Counted from the stretch's first letter, positions 1 to 16,225 are shown. The stretch is 64,000 bases of DNA from Guillardia theta CCMP2712 (GCF_000315625.1 NW_005434657.1:684388-748387); one strand, 5' to 3'. The notes: generated from the sequence alone by a model not told the origin. Numbers and translations are program-made.

Positions 1-1325
1 GCATCGGAGAGTGGCTCAGGTCTCGCTCAGGAAAATGAGCGAAGATGGTAGACTGCAAGACCCTATCCTGCGACTTGAGCGAGTGTGTCCTGCGGCTGTG
101 CAAGGTGAGGATATCACGCTGCTGATCGGTCAGCGCAGCGCGAGCATGCACATGGCGAGGGAAGACGCGCATGACAAGAGGAGTCACATTTCGCTGCGCA
201 GGGGGAGGAATGAAGTGCTCATGAGACGAGTCGACGAGAGCGCGCAAACCAGGGATGTGTACCACAGATGCCGGGGGGCGTCCTGCGTCATCAGGCACAG
301 CAGCCGGGGCAGGTGGGATCGCCGCGCCATCTGCAGCCGGTGCAGGAGCCTTGACACGACGGTAGAGGATCGCTCCAGCATTATGAACGAAGTCGTGCGC
401 CTCAACGAAGAAGGTCGCCAGAGGATGCTTCTGGGCACGGAGAGATCTCGAGCAGTGAACGTCCAGGCTAGGAGGAGAGGGCAACATCCGGGACATGGGC
501 TGGTCAGAGTACCAAGCGAGGAAGCGAGCGATAGCCGTATAGTAAACAGCGGGGTGTAGACCCTCAGAGGGCGTGAACTCGTCCCCTCCTCGACTATGCG
601 GAAGCTCCCGCTTGAACCTCGCAAACTCTAGCAGGTCGGGATGCGCGGCAAGGTACTGCGAGGAAGGCCAGCGGTGGTATTTCTCAAGCGCCAGGTGGAC
701 AGAGAGGTCAAAGCGACGAATCTGTGATTGGACCCGCGGGAGAAACGGAGAAGACCCCTGGAGGAAGAAGCGCAGCTTCTGGAGATGGCTCGCCCTCACC
801 AGCGTCTTGAACATGAAGCCATGCTGGACGAGCCCGAGCTTCGAGAGCTCTTCGTTGAGGGTAGAAACCTTTCGCTCGGAGCTGACTAGCATGAAATCCA
901 TCCGTGCCGATAGGCAGGCCGCCAAGTGTAATCCCGCCAGTGACGACCTCGAAGTGAAGAAGTTGAGTCTTGAGACGGCGCTTAAGGCTCTTCTTCAGCT
1001 GCGAGAGATCAGGGTGTTGATGCCAGGAGGGGATGTAAACTTTCGACTCGCGAGGTTGAATCTCTAGCTTCAGATCAGCTAACATGTACTTCTTCATAGC
1101 GGACGTAGCTGCAACGGCATCCTCGAGTGGACCGACAAGCACGACGTTGTCAGCATAGGCCAAGACTCGAACAGAGGGAAAAAGCTCTGCGATATGGAGG
1201 AGCAGGGGGTGGATACTGTGGCAGAAAAATACGCTGGAGGGGACATCGCCCTGACAGACGCCCGAGGTACACTGAACGGAGGCTGACTGACTTTTGTGAA
1301 AGAGTCGAAGGTCAGCAGAGTCTGT
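1..1325 (-). mobile_element. 5'-truncated non-LTR retrotransposon fragment (CRE/RLE-type reverse transcriptase), runs off the left window edge
   Basis: Minus strand reads TSGVCQGDVPSSVFF...VLAYADNVVLVG...LKLEIQPRESKVY...GITLGGLPIGTDGF, then after a 1-bp shift near 872 about 290 open codons including LPHSRGG. These match RT domains 4-7 and the LGxPiG and LPxxxGG motifs of CRE-type RTs. Confidence 0.85.
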
Positions 1326-1349
1326 CTAAGGGATTTTATTCCTCCTGCA

Positions 1350-2686
1350 TGCTCCTGCTGCTTGTTGCTTGATTGCTTGACCCTTAGGCTGCTTGTCTGC
1401 GCGGCTTCGCGCTTGGGCTGGCGCTGCCGCGTCTGGGTGCCAGCAGTGCTGGTTCTTTTCGGGCTTGTGTTTTGTGTGTGTTTGTGCAGCTTCTCGCTGT
1501 GGACTGTGTACCTGCCGGTTCAGCTTGTTCCTGCTTTGTCTTGCTTGAGGCACTTTTTATCTTCTGCCAGTAAATCCTCTACCACTGCTCCTGCTGCTTG
1601 TTGCTGGATTGCCTGACCCTTCGGCTTCTTGTCTGCGCGGCTTCGCGCTTGGGCTGGCGATGCCGCGTCTGGGGTGCCAGCAGTGCTGGTTGTTTTCGGG
1701 CTTGTGTTTTGTGTGTGATTGTGCAGCTTCTCGCTGTGCGCTGTGTGCCNNNNNNNNNNNNNNNNNNNNNNNNNNNNNNNNNNNNNNNNNNNNNNNNNNN
1801 NNNNNNNNNNNNNNNNNNNNNNNNNNNNNNNNNNNNNNNNNNNNNNNNNNNNNNNNNNNNNNNNNNNNNNNNNNNNNNNNNNNNNNNNNNNNNNNNNNNN
1901 NNNNNNNNNNNNNNNNNNNNNNNNNNNNNNNNNNNNNNNNNNNNNNNNNNNNNNNNNNNNNNNNNNNNNNNNNNNNNNNNNNNNNNNNNNNNNNNNNNNN
2001 NNNNNNNNNNNNNNNNNNNNNNNNNNNNNNNNNNNNNNNNNNNNNNNNNNNNNNNNNNNNNNNNNNNNNNNNNNNNNNNNNNNNNNNNNNNNNNNNNNNN
2101 NNNNNNNNNNNNNNNNNNNNNNNNNNNNNNNNNNNNNNNNNNNNNNNNNNNNNNNNNNNNNNNNNNNNNNNNNNNNNNNNNNNNNNNNNNNNNNNNNNNN
2201 NNNNNNNNNNNNNNNNNNNNNNNNNNNNNNNNNNNNNNNNNNNNNNNNNNNNNNNNNNNNNNNNNNNNNNNNNNNNNNNNNNNNNNNNNNNNNNNNNNNN
2301 NNNNNNNNNNNNNNNNNNNNNNNNNNNNNNNNNNNNNNNNNNNNNNNNNNNNNNNNNNNNNNNNNNNNNNNNNNNNNNNNNNNNNNNNNNNNNNNNNNNN
2401 NNNNNNNNNNNNNNNNNNNNNNNNNNNNNNNNNNNNNNNNNNNNNNNNNNNNNNNNNNNNNNNNNNNNNNNNNNNNNNNNNNNNNNNNNNNNNNNNNNNN
2501 NNNNNNNNNNNNNNNNNNNNNNNNNNNNNNNNNNNNNNNNNNNNNNNNNNNNNNNNNNNNNNNNNNNNNNNNNNNNNNNNNNNNNNNNNNNNNNNNNNNN
2601 NNNNNNNNNNNNNNNNNNNNNNNNNNNNNNNNNNNNNNNNNNNNNNNNNNNNNNNNNNNNNNNNNNNNNCTGCCAGTAAATCCTAT
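1350..2686. repeat. Tandem array of a ~236-bp unit, interrupted by an N-gap at 1750-2669
   Basis: tgctcctgctgcttgttgc starts at 1350 and 1586 with near-identical downstream sequence. The unit end ctgccagtaaatcct occurs at 1564 and again at 2670, just after the gap. Confidence 0.9.
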
Positions 2687-2764
2687 GTTGTTATTTCCTG
2701 GCAGCGGACGTCTCGACTGACAGTGGTCAGTCGGCTGCCTCCGGGTATCGCGTCTAAGGTAGAT

Positions 2765-2919
2765 ATAGGATTTACTGGCAGAAGGTAAAAGTGCCTCAAG
2801 CAAAACAAAGCAGGAACAAGCTGAACCGGCAGGCACACAGTCCACAGCGAGAAGCTGCACAAACACACACAAAACACAAGCCCGAAAAGAACCAGCACTG
2901 CTGGCACCCAGACGCGGCA
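2765..2919. repeat. Inverted copy of the 236-bp unit
   Basis: 2767-2919 is near-identical to the reverse complement of 1425-1578. Confidence 0.9.
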
Positions 2920-3142
2920 AGCTAAACCCGGTGACCTGCATGCACACAGCGTACAGCGAGGACTGTTTGCATTACTTAGAGCGGTACCGTCAGCGTGCGC
3001 CCAGCCTCCATGTGTCCGCTGTCCCAGGCGGACCTCCGGGCAGCGCCAAAGCCGGCTCCATATCGTGTATGAGGGTGTTGTGCCGCTATCCCGGTGCTCG
3101 TTGCTTGCCCCTCTCTGCTGTCTACTGGTTGCCATAGGTTGA

Positions 3143-3382
3143 AGTTTTACTCGCAGAAGGTAAAAAGTGCCTCAAGCAGAACAAAGCAGGAACAAGCTAA
3201 ACCTGCATGCACACAGCGCACTGCACAAACATACACAAAAAACAAGACTCAGAGCGAAGCCAGCAGTGCTGGTTACTTTCGGTTGATGACGGATTTACTG
3301 GCAGAAGGTCTTATGTTTCGTGTGGCAAGTTGAGCCGCATTTGTTGCTGTGTTCCGTATTTTTACCTTCTGCGAGTAAAACT
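3143..3382. mobile_element. MITE-like element with perfect 24-bp terminal inverted repeats
   Basis: agttttactcgcagaaggtaaaaa (3143-3166) pairs with tttttaccttctgcgagtaaaact (3359-3382). The interior is a diverged copy of the same unit. No clear TSD. Confidence 0.7.
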
Positions 3383-3707
3383 CAGATCGATGCAGCTAGC
3401 GACGCTCCTTCTCCTGTGCCACTGTCTGATGATCTCTAAAGAGTTTTACTCACACACCACTGCCCCCAGCGGCTCTGCCTGACCCAATTGGCGAAACAGA
3501 GGAGGGGCTTCGTCGACTGACCAGCGGTCACTCGTAGGTCTTGTTTGTTCTCAACGTGACTCAGAGTCCGGGCCCGGTCAGTGCTGAGACGTTGGGCCGG
3601 GCCGGCCGTCTTCCGAAGTTCTATGATGCGTCCGGCCAGTTCTCTGAGGCGGGTTCAGAAGTTGAGATTGTTGACAAGGCGGCGAGATGGCGAGATGAAG
3701 ATGCAAG

Positions 3708-8260
<4,553 letters not shown>

Positions 8261-8718
8261 GATTCTTTTATCTCACCGTCGTGTTAGCACTGTGAATGGC
8301 AAACATCAGAGTCTGTTGCGCGGATGATATGAAAGATGCGACGAAGAGCAAGAGTATCAAGCGTTTTCATGCTAGACGAGCGCGGTCGATGCTGTCTGAT
8401 GGGAGAGAGCAGCAAGGAGAGGGTCAAGGAAGCAGAGAGGCTGAAGAACAGCCAAGGGCTTGTACCTTCGCTGTCTGCTCATTCTCCGTTCGTTCTTCCC
8501 GCTGTCCTTTCACCGTGTGAGGATCATCGGGATGGAGCGAACAATGTAGGAGGTGGGAGGGGAATAGTGAAAGACAGCAGAGGAGAATTAGGTTCAGAGC
8601 TTCCTCCTTCCGCCCTCGTCCGTCAACTTCGTCAAGGATGCCATCAAGAGCGCTAGTTCACAAGTAAAATCCTTCCGGCTCCAAGTCTACAAACTATTTC
8701 CGCCTCCTCTCGTCGATC

Positions 8719-10016
8719 TTATCCAATCTTCACCTTGCTGTCACCATCGATGAACTCGTAAGGAGGGACCTGCAGGAGCCTTTCACCTCGCCTCCTCACT
8801 AGCTCTCTCCTCACCTCGAGGTTAAGCGGGGCCGGCCCCTTTCGGATGCGAGCGGACGCGTCGTAGTGGGAGCCGTGGCAGGGGCAGAACCAACCTCCCT
8901 TGAAGTCACCCGCGTTCGAGATGGGAACGCAACCAAGATGCGTGCAAACTCCGAGCACGATGAGAACCTGAAGCCAGTGAGGAGCAGCGGCGAGGAGAGG
9001 CGACAAACCTCCTCCTTGATGCGACGAGCCTTGTCGGACTGCGGGTCCCTCAATGACTTCCAGTCGACCGCGTTGATGTCATCCAACTCCTCCTGCGTTC
9101 GCTTCTTGATGAAGACAGGTTTCCCTCTCCACCTGGACCAACGTGAGATAAAAAGCAGCGCGCGTTTCAACCCCTACTTGACTACGATACATCCTCCTGC
9201 AGGAATTCCATCCACAGGAACCTCAATGGATGCCAGGGCCAGCACGTCCGCTGAGGCGTTCATATAGTGCACGAACTTGAGCACGGCAAGGCGAGCTGCT
9301 GAGGCGTAGAAGAATCTACCAAGCTTGTCACCAACAGCCATGCAGTTTTTGGCGGCCAAGCTGCACATGCCGCCTCACAGACCTTGCGGTTCCCATCATG
9401 AAGTAAGCGAAGGCACGACGAGAAGGATCTCCAGGCTGCAGCCTTCCCTGGTTCGGAAGCGCATCCTTGCCGGAGTAAGCGTCGAGAGCTGCCATTTCCG
9501 TGAGCGTCGTTAGGTGCTTCGACATGACACCGCACCATAGTCATCAGTTCCCGGCATGGCTCCTCCTGGCGTCTTGATGGTAACAGGATGGATGCTGTTG
9601 GTCGTCATGGAGACAACCTTGGCGTCACTCTGCAATCCTCTGCCTGGAGATTAAAAAGTTATGACGAGGTGCTTGCAGAAAGGTACATCCATCCGTTGGC
9701 TATTCTCTCAAGGAGATGCTGATCCTCAGGTTGATACACATAAGGCTTCACAATCCAGCATATCAAATGCACTAGACTATTCACAAATCTTTTCAAACAA
9801 CATTGTGGAACTCGGAAAATCGATCATTCTGGCCACACCGAAACGGCGACGGGGGATAGGAGAAGGTTTGAAGGGAAGGGGAGCGGGAGAGGGGAGAAGA
9901 GTTGGCAGGAAGGACTCACTCTGGCTTGACAGGAGCGGGCGAAGGGGGAGAGAGGAAAACCCCAGGGCCCCACGAGCCCCGCATGAAAGCCGCAGAAGCG
10001 AACGGCCGAGGAGCAT
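8719..10016 (-). CDS. UQCRFS1: Mitochondrial cytochrome bc1 Rieske iron-sulfur protein, multi-exon
   Basis: CTHLGC and CPCHGS boxes, [25 protein letters not shown]. Arg/Ser/Leu-rich N-terminal presequence [11 protein letters not shown]. Confidence 0.97.
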
Positions 10017-10521
10017 GGCGACGAAACCTTTTTTAACAAAGTGGGTGGGGGGTACTATATTTGCCTTTCAAGAACCGGGTAGTTAGCAGATATCAGGTAG
10101 GTAGGGGTCATGAAAGCGAGGGTAGCCGCCAGCTATCTGGGAGGTAGGGTGATGGACCCCGCGATTTAGGCATAAAGTGGGTCGTTTGAACATGTAGAGG
10201 ATCAGTGGACTACCCCCCTTTTGCTAGGTTTTTTAGGGGTAGGGGTATCCACAGAGCAACAGCGCAGCCTCGAGTTCAGGCCTAGAAGGGGGTAGAGAGT
10301 GCGAAAAAGAGGGGTAGTCGTCGTGACAGGGGTGGTAAGTAAGGGAACAGAGAGGTTGTAAGCTTACCGTTACAAACCGTTTCTGAAAGTTAAAATGTTT
10401 TCTTTCCAATTGTCCGCGCGACCTCAAACTTGAGATCAACAGAATCCTTCATGTACAACGCCGACCAAGATGCGGCGAAAACCTGCGAAGATGAGACATG
10501 GTGAAGTGAACCAATCACATA

Positions 10522-10690
10522 GATGGAGATGTAGATGGAGATGGAGATGGAGATGGAGATGGAGATGTAGATGGAGATGGAGATGGAGATGGAGATGGAG
10601 ATGGAGATGGAGATGGAGATGTAGATGGAGATGGAGGTGGAGATGGAGATGGAGATGGAGATGGAGATGGAGATGGAGGTGGAGATGGAG
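10522..10690. repeat. (GATGGA)n microsatellite
   Basis: Hexamer array seen directly. Confidence 0.95.
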
Positions 10691-10759
10691 GGAATGATGG
10701 CGGTGAAGACTAAAGAGATGAGAGATTCACATGGAGATTGCTGTGGTGACGATGATGGG

Positions 10760-12359
10760 ATGACCTTGGCGTATCAGATAAGGAGTCTAGCTCTGCTGCG
10801 GCTGCCGCGAACTCTGTTGCTGCTGCTGTTGGTTGTGAGAGTACCAGGGCTAAAAGCGCCGGAGGATGTGAACGCCAAGGACACGAGCGAGACTTTGGAA
10901 GGTGATGTCATCGCTCCCAGTACCTCATGACGAATCCTTTCGGGCAGATTGGAGAGCAGGAGAGCATGTGAGTGCTGCTATTCGCCATTACGGTGAGGCT
11001 CGCTCTTTCGCTCCTATCTTCATCTCCTTGCAGGCAGCAGGATTCGCAGCAGCAACGCCTCAGCGAACGACTTCCATCACCTGGTCTCTGCTCTTCGCTT
11101 TGCTGGAAGGTGAGGACAAGGAGAAGGAGAGCGAGGCGAGGAAGGCACAAGACTTAACTTATGCCCCCCCCCTCCTCCTCCTCTCTCTCGTGCTTCTCTC
11201 GTGCTTCTCTCGTGCTTCTCTCGTGCTTCTCTCGTGCTTCTCTTGTGCTTCTCTTGTGCTTCTCTTGTGCTTCTCTTGTGCTTCTCTTGTGCTTCTCTTC
11301 AGCTTGTGAACATGACAGCAGGATTGAGGAGAGTGCAAACATCCTGAAGGCCGGGATGGAGGTGCCTTGCCTGGCCTGGCCTTCTTTTCCCTTTCCTTTT
11401 CTGATTTCTTTGCTTGCCTGCCACCTCACTTGCTTTTCACATCTTCACTGCCACTTCTCTCCCTCTCTTTCTTATTGTGCTTGCAGACCGTGCCAGGCTT
11501 TGCTACGTTGCAAAACCTGCTGCTTCTGGGTAGTTTGCTTCGCTTGCAAGACAGGCATCCTACCTCCCTGTCTCGCTGGTTCTCACGACCTGGCAGGCAG
11601 GACGAAGCGTGCGAGGCCTTCCAGCACGCGATCCTGTCTCATCCTCGGGAGGGAAAGTTGTACTTGCAGCTGGCGATGACGATGGGCTCGTCCCTGCTCT
11701 CTCACTCCTCCTTTCCTCCTCCGTTCTCTTTATCTCGACATTCTCTCCTCTCGGTCGCTCGCTTGTGTCAGACTGCCACGCGACTCTCAGAGTGGACGGA
11801 GGAGACGAGGATGCAGTCTCTCATGCTCTCTGTCGCTCTCCTCCGAACCCTCCACGACTCGCGAGCTCCGCCTCTCCTTCGCCGCATCCTTCGAATGGAT
11901 GCGACGGCATGGCATCGCTACGAACAGCACGTGATGGCAACAGGGGAGGAGGACGATGCGAGGGACGAAGGCAGAGGCGAGGAAGAGTTGCGAGCTCAAC
12001 GACTGCTGGACTCTACCTGGAACGACTTGCAACATCCGCGCGACTGCTCTAAGAAGCGAAAAGTTCTCTTCAGTGAGCTCGAATTGTGGCTCCTCCACCT
12101 AACCTGCTGGACTAGAGCTGGAAGGAAACATCTTCGGGCTGGGAGCTCAGCTTCACCTTCTCACTCTCGTTGCAAGTTACGCATGGAGGTCAGGGGAAGG
12201 AGGGGGATGATGATGGAGAGGGGAAATTAGAAGGAAGTTGTGTATGATGATGATGATGATGGAGATGATGATGATGGAGATGATGATGATGATGATGATG
12301 GAGATGATGATGGAGATGATGATGATGATGATGATGATGGAGATGATGGAGATGATGGA

Positions 12360-12409
<50 letters not shown>

Positions 12410-13472
12410 GATGATGATCATGATGATGATGATGGTAAAGGCGTGTGTAACTGTTCGACAGGTGGTGGTGTTGATTCTCCTACTCATGAGCACGGCTTCT
12501 CTCGCCGCTGTGTCCACTCTACATGGGATGAAGTACACAGTCGCTGAGACNNNNNNNNNNNNNNNNNNNNNNNNNNNNNNNNNNNNNNNNNNNNNNNNNN
12601 NNNNNNNNNNNNNNNNNNNNNNNNNNNNNNNNNNNNNNNNNNNNNNNNNNGGAGGAGGGAGGAGGGAGGAGGGAGGAGGGAGGAGGGAGGGAGGGTCGGC
12701 AGCGGTTGTTACAGGACGGGAGATGGAGGTGGCGCTGGACTAACTTTGATGAGAGGCATGGCGACAAGGTGTGGGAGGAAGCTCCTCACGTTTCACTTGC
12801 GAGCTACTTGGAGGCGATTCGTGAGCGTCTGAAGCAGCTGAGACGAGGGAGGCGAAGAGGAGAAGGAAGTTGGCAAGGAAGAAGAGAGGTCGTGTTCCTC
12901 TCAACGGACTCAACTAAGGTCAAACCCTCCGCTGCTCTGCCTCTTCTCTTGTCCTTCTTCGTTCCTTCCGGAGCACCTGCTGACCAGCCTCAGGTGGTGC
13001 AGGAGATGAGGAGGATGGCGCCGGAGCTCGATCTGCGAGTCTTCTCGGAGAAGAGAAACCAGGGCGTCGCCTTCTCTCTCCTCGTCCACACCCATGCGAT
13101 CAACGTCACCCGCTATGCCCTGGATGCTCTCGCTAATCTGCATACCCTTGCGGTAAAGGAGGAGGAGGAGGAGGAGGAGGAGGAGGAGGAGGAGGGAGTT
13201 ATGTCCTTACCATGCGCTAGGACTCCACTGCCCTCGTCGCCACCTTCTCCTCCAATTTTGGACGCGCGGCACTGGAGCTGCAGTTGTCTCGCTACTTTGA
13301 GGCCCTGCGGGTCTGTGAGGAGAAGGAGGGCGGGCACGAGCCCGACGAAGTTGTGCGATGCGCAGGGCCGCACAGGAAGTCGCCTCCTCTGTCGCTTGAC
13401 TTCACGTGCGGAGCCTCTTCCTCCTCTTTCACTTCGTTTATTTGTCGGAGCAGGTGGTACGCGGACCCATAG
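10760..13472 (+). CDS. Signal/TM + TPR-like repeats + GT23 alpha-1,6-fucosyltransferase-like (FUT8/NodZ fold); one N-gap inside
   Basis: LQHPRDCSKKRK, FGLGAQLH, RHGDK, VFLSTDS and LVATFSSNFGRAALEL match FUT8 motifs. N-terminal helical TPR-like exons. The start could be further upstream (10470). Confidence 0.8.
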
Positions 13473-13575
13473 GCGAGCAGGGAGAAGAGACGGAGAGTGA
13501 ACTTCTAGCTGTCGGGGGGGGTGGAGGGGAAGGGGGAGAAGGAGGAGACAGTGGAGGAGATGGCTGCAATGAGAC

Positions 13576-15251
13576 CTACTCGTCCTGTGAGACGTATCTG
13601 TTTCGCCCGTCAGATTCTCAAGCATGTGCAACAGCAAGCCTTCTCACTGAGCGAGCATCTGACGTTTCTTCGCCGCAAGAGCCGCTCGCTCCAGCTCCTC
13701 CCTGCTTGGTACCGCGACATGGGCGACGAACGAGTCGCTCTTGTCCTGCGGCTCGTCTGTTCCAGCAAGTCACATCTGGAAATCTCGCGGGCTCTTCCAC
13801 CTTCGTCGTCGTCGTCTTTCTGCACGCCTCCCTTCTCCTGCCTCTCCGTCCACTCCAGCACCTGCTCCCTGCGGTCAACCATCTGTGATGCAGGACAAGA
13901 GACATTACCGCTTGCGCGACGGCTTCCTGCTCAGCAGCATTCTCAAGCGGGAGCAAGATTGTGTCGTCCTCATCGCGATAGCCGAAGTAGGAGGCATCTG
14001 CAAGCCTCATGAGGGAGCAGGAAGAAAGCGGGTCAGGCGGTACCAGCACACTTGTACATGTCAGTGCGACTAGCAGGCGAGTGAGTGAAGGAACAACGGG
14101 ATGAGGTCATGACCGAACCTTCTCTTGGCGGCTGGAGTTTCATGATCGCTCTTGAACAGCTCGCGAACACCAGGAAGATCCTTAGCGGCTCCGAAGTACT
14201 TGTAGCCCTTCGTGCCGGGTACCTTGTCGCAAGTCAGTCGCTTCTCTCTCCTCGTCCCCTTGAACTCACCTCCTTGCCATCTGCGTCCAGCACACTCGAA
14301 GATTTCTAGCAAGTCGCATACAGTGAGCATGGACCGAGTGGGGAAGGGGCAACCAAGGAGGGGAAGAGAAGAGGGAAGAGCAACCGAGGAGATGGGGGAG
14401 AAGGAGGGGAGGAGGGAGGAGAGGAGAGAGGGGAGGAGGGAGGAGGGAGGAGGGAGGAGGGAGGAGGGAGGAGGGAGGAGGGAGGAAGTTAACGAGATAA
14501 CAAGGAAGAAGTGGTGAGGGAGCACCAAGTAGTTTGGGCCTCCGAGCTCAATGATGCGACGCTCCCAATTCGTTTTTTCTCGGCAGAGTCGGTTGATCTG
14601 ATCGTTGAGGTCGCGTATCTTGAACTCTCCGAGCCCAGGGTTCTGAATCTCCGCGACCTGCCGGGATATGACGGGGGGAAGCGAGGCAGAGACAAGTGCA
14701 GGAGAACCTTCTTAGTGATGACTCCCACTATCTGCCTCCTCCACTTCTCTGCCTCTGGCAGGGATTCGACCATAGTGGCGGAGTATGGCCTTCTCTCCTT
14801 CTTCTTGTTGTCTTCCCCGGACTAGATGGAAGAATAAGAGAGCACAAGGGGTTAACTCCAGCATGCAAGGCTTCAGATATGTGCGTGCGACGGCAAGGGT
14901 AGGGGACCAGCTGCGACCCGCCAGCAGCAAAAACACGAAAATGTTGAAAGCGAGAACGCAAAAGTACGAGCAAGGAGTTGTGGAGAGGAGAAGGAATACC
15001 AATCCGATATGAGAGAAGAAGAAGTTCACGGACACGGAAGCGAGTACCACAGAGAGGTAGGTAGAAGGAAGAGGGCATATGAACAACGATGAGGACACAA
15101 ATCAGGAGGACAAGGGAGGGGCGGCAAGGAGAGGAGGTGGAGTAGGGAGCAAGGAGGTAGAGGTATCAGGTGCCTCAAGCCATCTTCTTCTCACCTGCAC
15201 CCGCAGCCATCGGTTCAACATCGACATCGCCTTCTCCTCGTTACGCGCCAT
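13576..15251 (-). CDS. ISY1: Pre-mRNA splicing factor ISY1
   Basis: MARNEEKAMSMLNRW, AEKWRRQI, IQNPGLGEFKIRDLNDQINRL, GYKYFGAAKDLPGVRELF, YFGYRDEDD. Confidence 0.96.
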
Positions 15252-15367
15252 TGCTCGCGCTCCTTCTGGCAGTTACAGAAATCGTTACGAATAAATCCTT
15301 GGAACCGTTGAGAAACCGTTTCATTGCGAAACCCTGCCCATTTCTATTTCACATTTTCCATGCTGTG

Positions 15368-16225
15368 ATGAGGCGGCGAGCAAGAACTAGGGACGTGGAG
15401 GAGGAGGAGGAGGAGGAGGAGAGAGGAGGAGGAGAAGTAGACGAATACGTGACATGTCAAGAGACGGCTGCGGAGAGAAGAGCAGCGATCGGGGATCACA
15501 ACCAAGAGCACAACCGAGGGGAGCCATCGGAACGCTCGGCTGACCGAGCTGGGAGCGAAGGAGGAGGAACGAGGGACTTCAGAGCCTTGATGCTCGACGA
15601 GCAGATAGTGAAGGGGCTGGAAGAGGCCGGCTATATCCGTCCATCCCCTGTGCAGCTTCGAGCCATTCCACTTGGAAACGTAAGGCAGCATGACCTGCGT
15701 TTCTGTGCATTTACGATGATTTCAGATGGGGTTGGATCTGATCGTTCAGGCAAAGTCAGGCACAGGCAAGACCTGCGTGTTTGCCGTCATCATCCTCCAG
15801 TCCCTCTCATTGAACTTCAACGGCGTTCAAGCGCTTGTGCTTTCGCACACGCGAGAGTTGGCTTACCAAACGCGAGACGTGATCCGCTCAGTGGCTCGAT
15901 TCATGTCAGGTCCGAAGAGCGAGAAGAGGGACAAGCAAGACAGGCGGAGCAAAGCAAGAGGAAGAGGGAGGGGGGAAATGCAGGGAGAGGGAAGAGGTGG
16001 GAGGGGAGGGGAGGGAGGAGGGGGATGGAAGCTGGGCGCGTGGTGGTGGTGGGGGAGGGGACTGGGGGGAGGTTAGCGATGGGTGTAGATTTTAGGGTTG
16101 AGGGTGAAACATGTTGTGACATGCATGAAAGGAATTCGTTGCGAAGCTTTTGTGGGAGGACTACCAACTGAGAAAGACATTGAAAAGCTTAAGAGCGCTG
16201 AGAGCTGTCAGATAGTGGCAGGTAA

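Noticed and set aside
1350-2919. CRISPR-like array
   Set aside because: The units are long and near-identical throughout, with no unique spacers and no cas genes, in a eukaryotic context.
1520-2947. Long ORFs across N-gaps (also at 7645-8120, 34085-35221 and 37253-37753)
   Set aside because: They are artefacts of translating Ns.
3421-3500. Hammerhead ribozyme (CTGATGA...GAAAC)
   Set aside because: The core motifs are about 60 nt apart and I could not form stems I-III around them.
9490-9540. In-frame stop in the Rieske gene
   Set aside because: It is removed by a ~47-nt GT-AG intron with a CTAAC branch site.
10228-10250. Telomeric TTTAGGG seed
   Set aside because: Single copy, part of the GGGGTA island, not an array.
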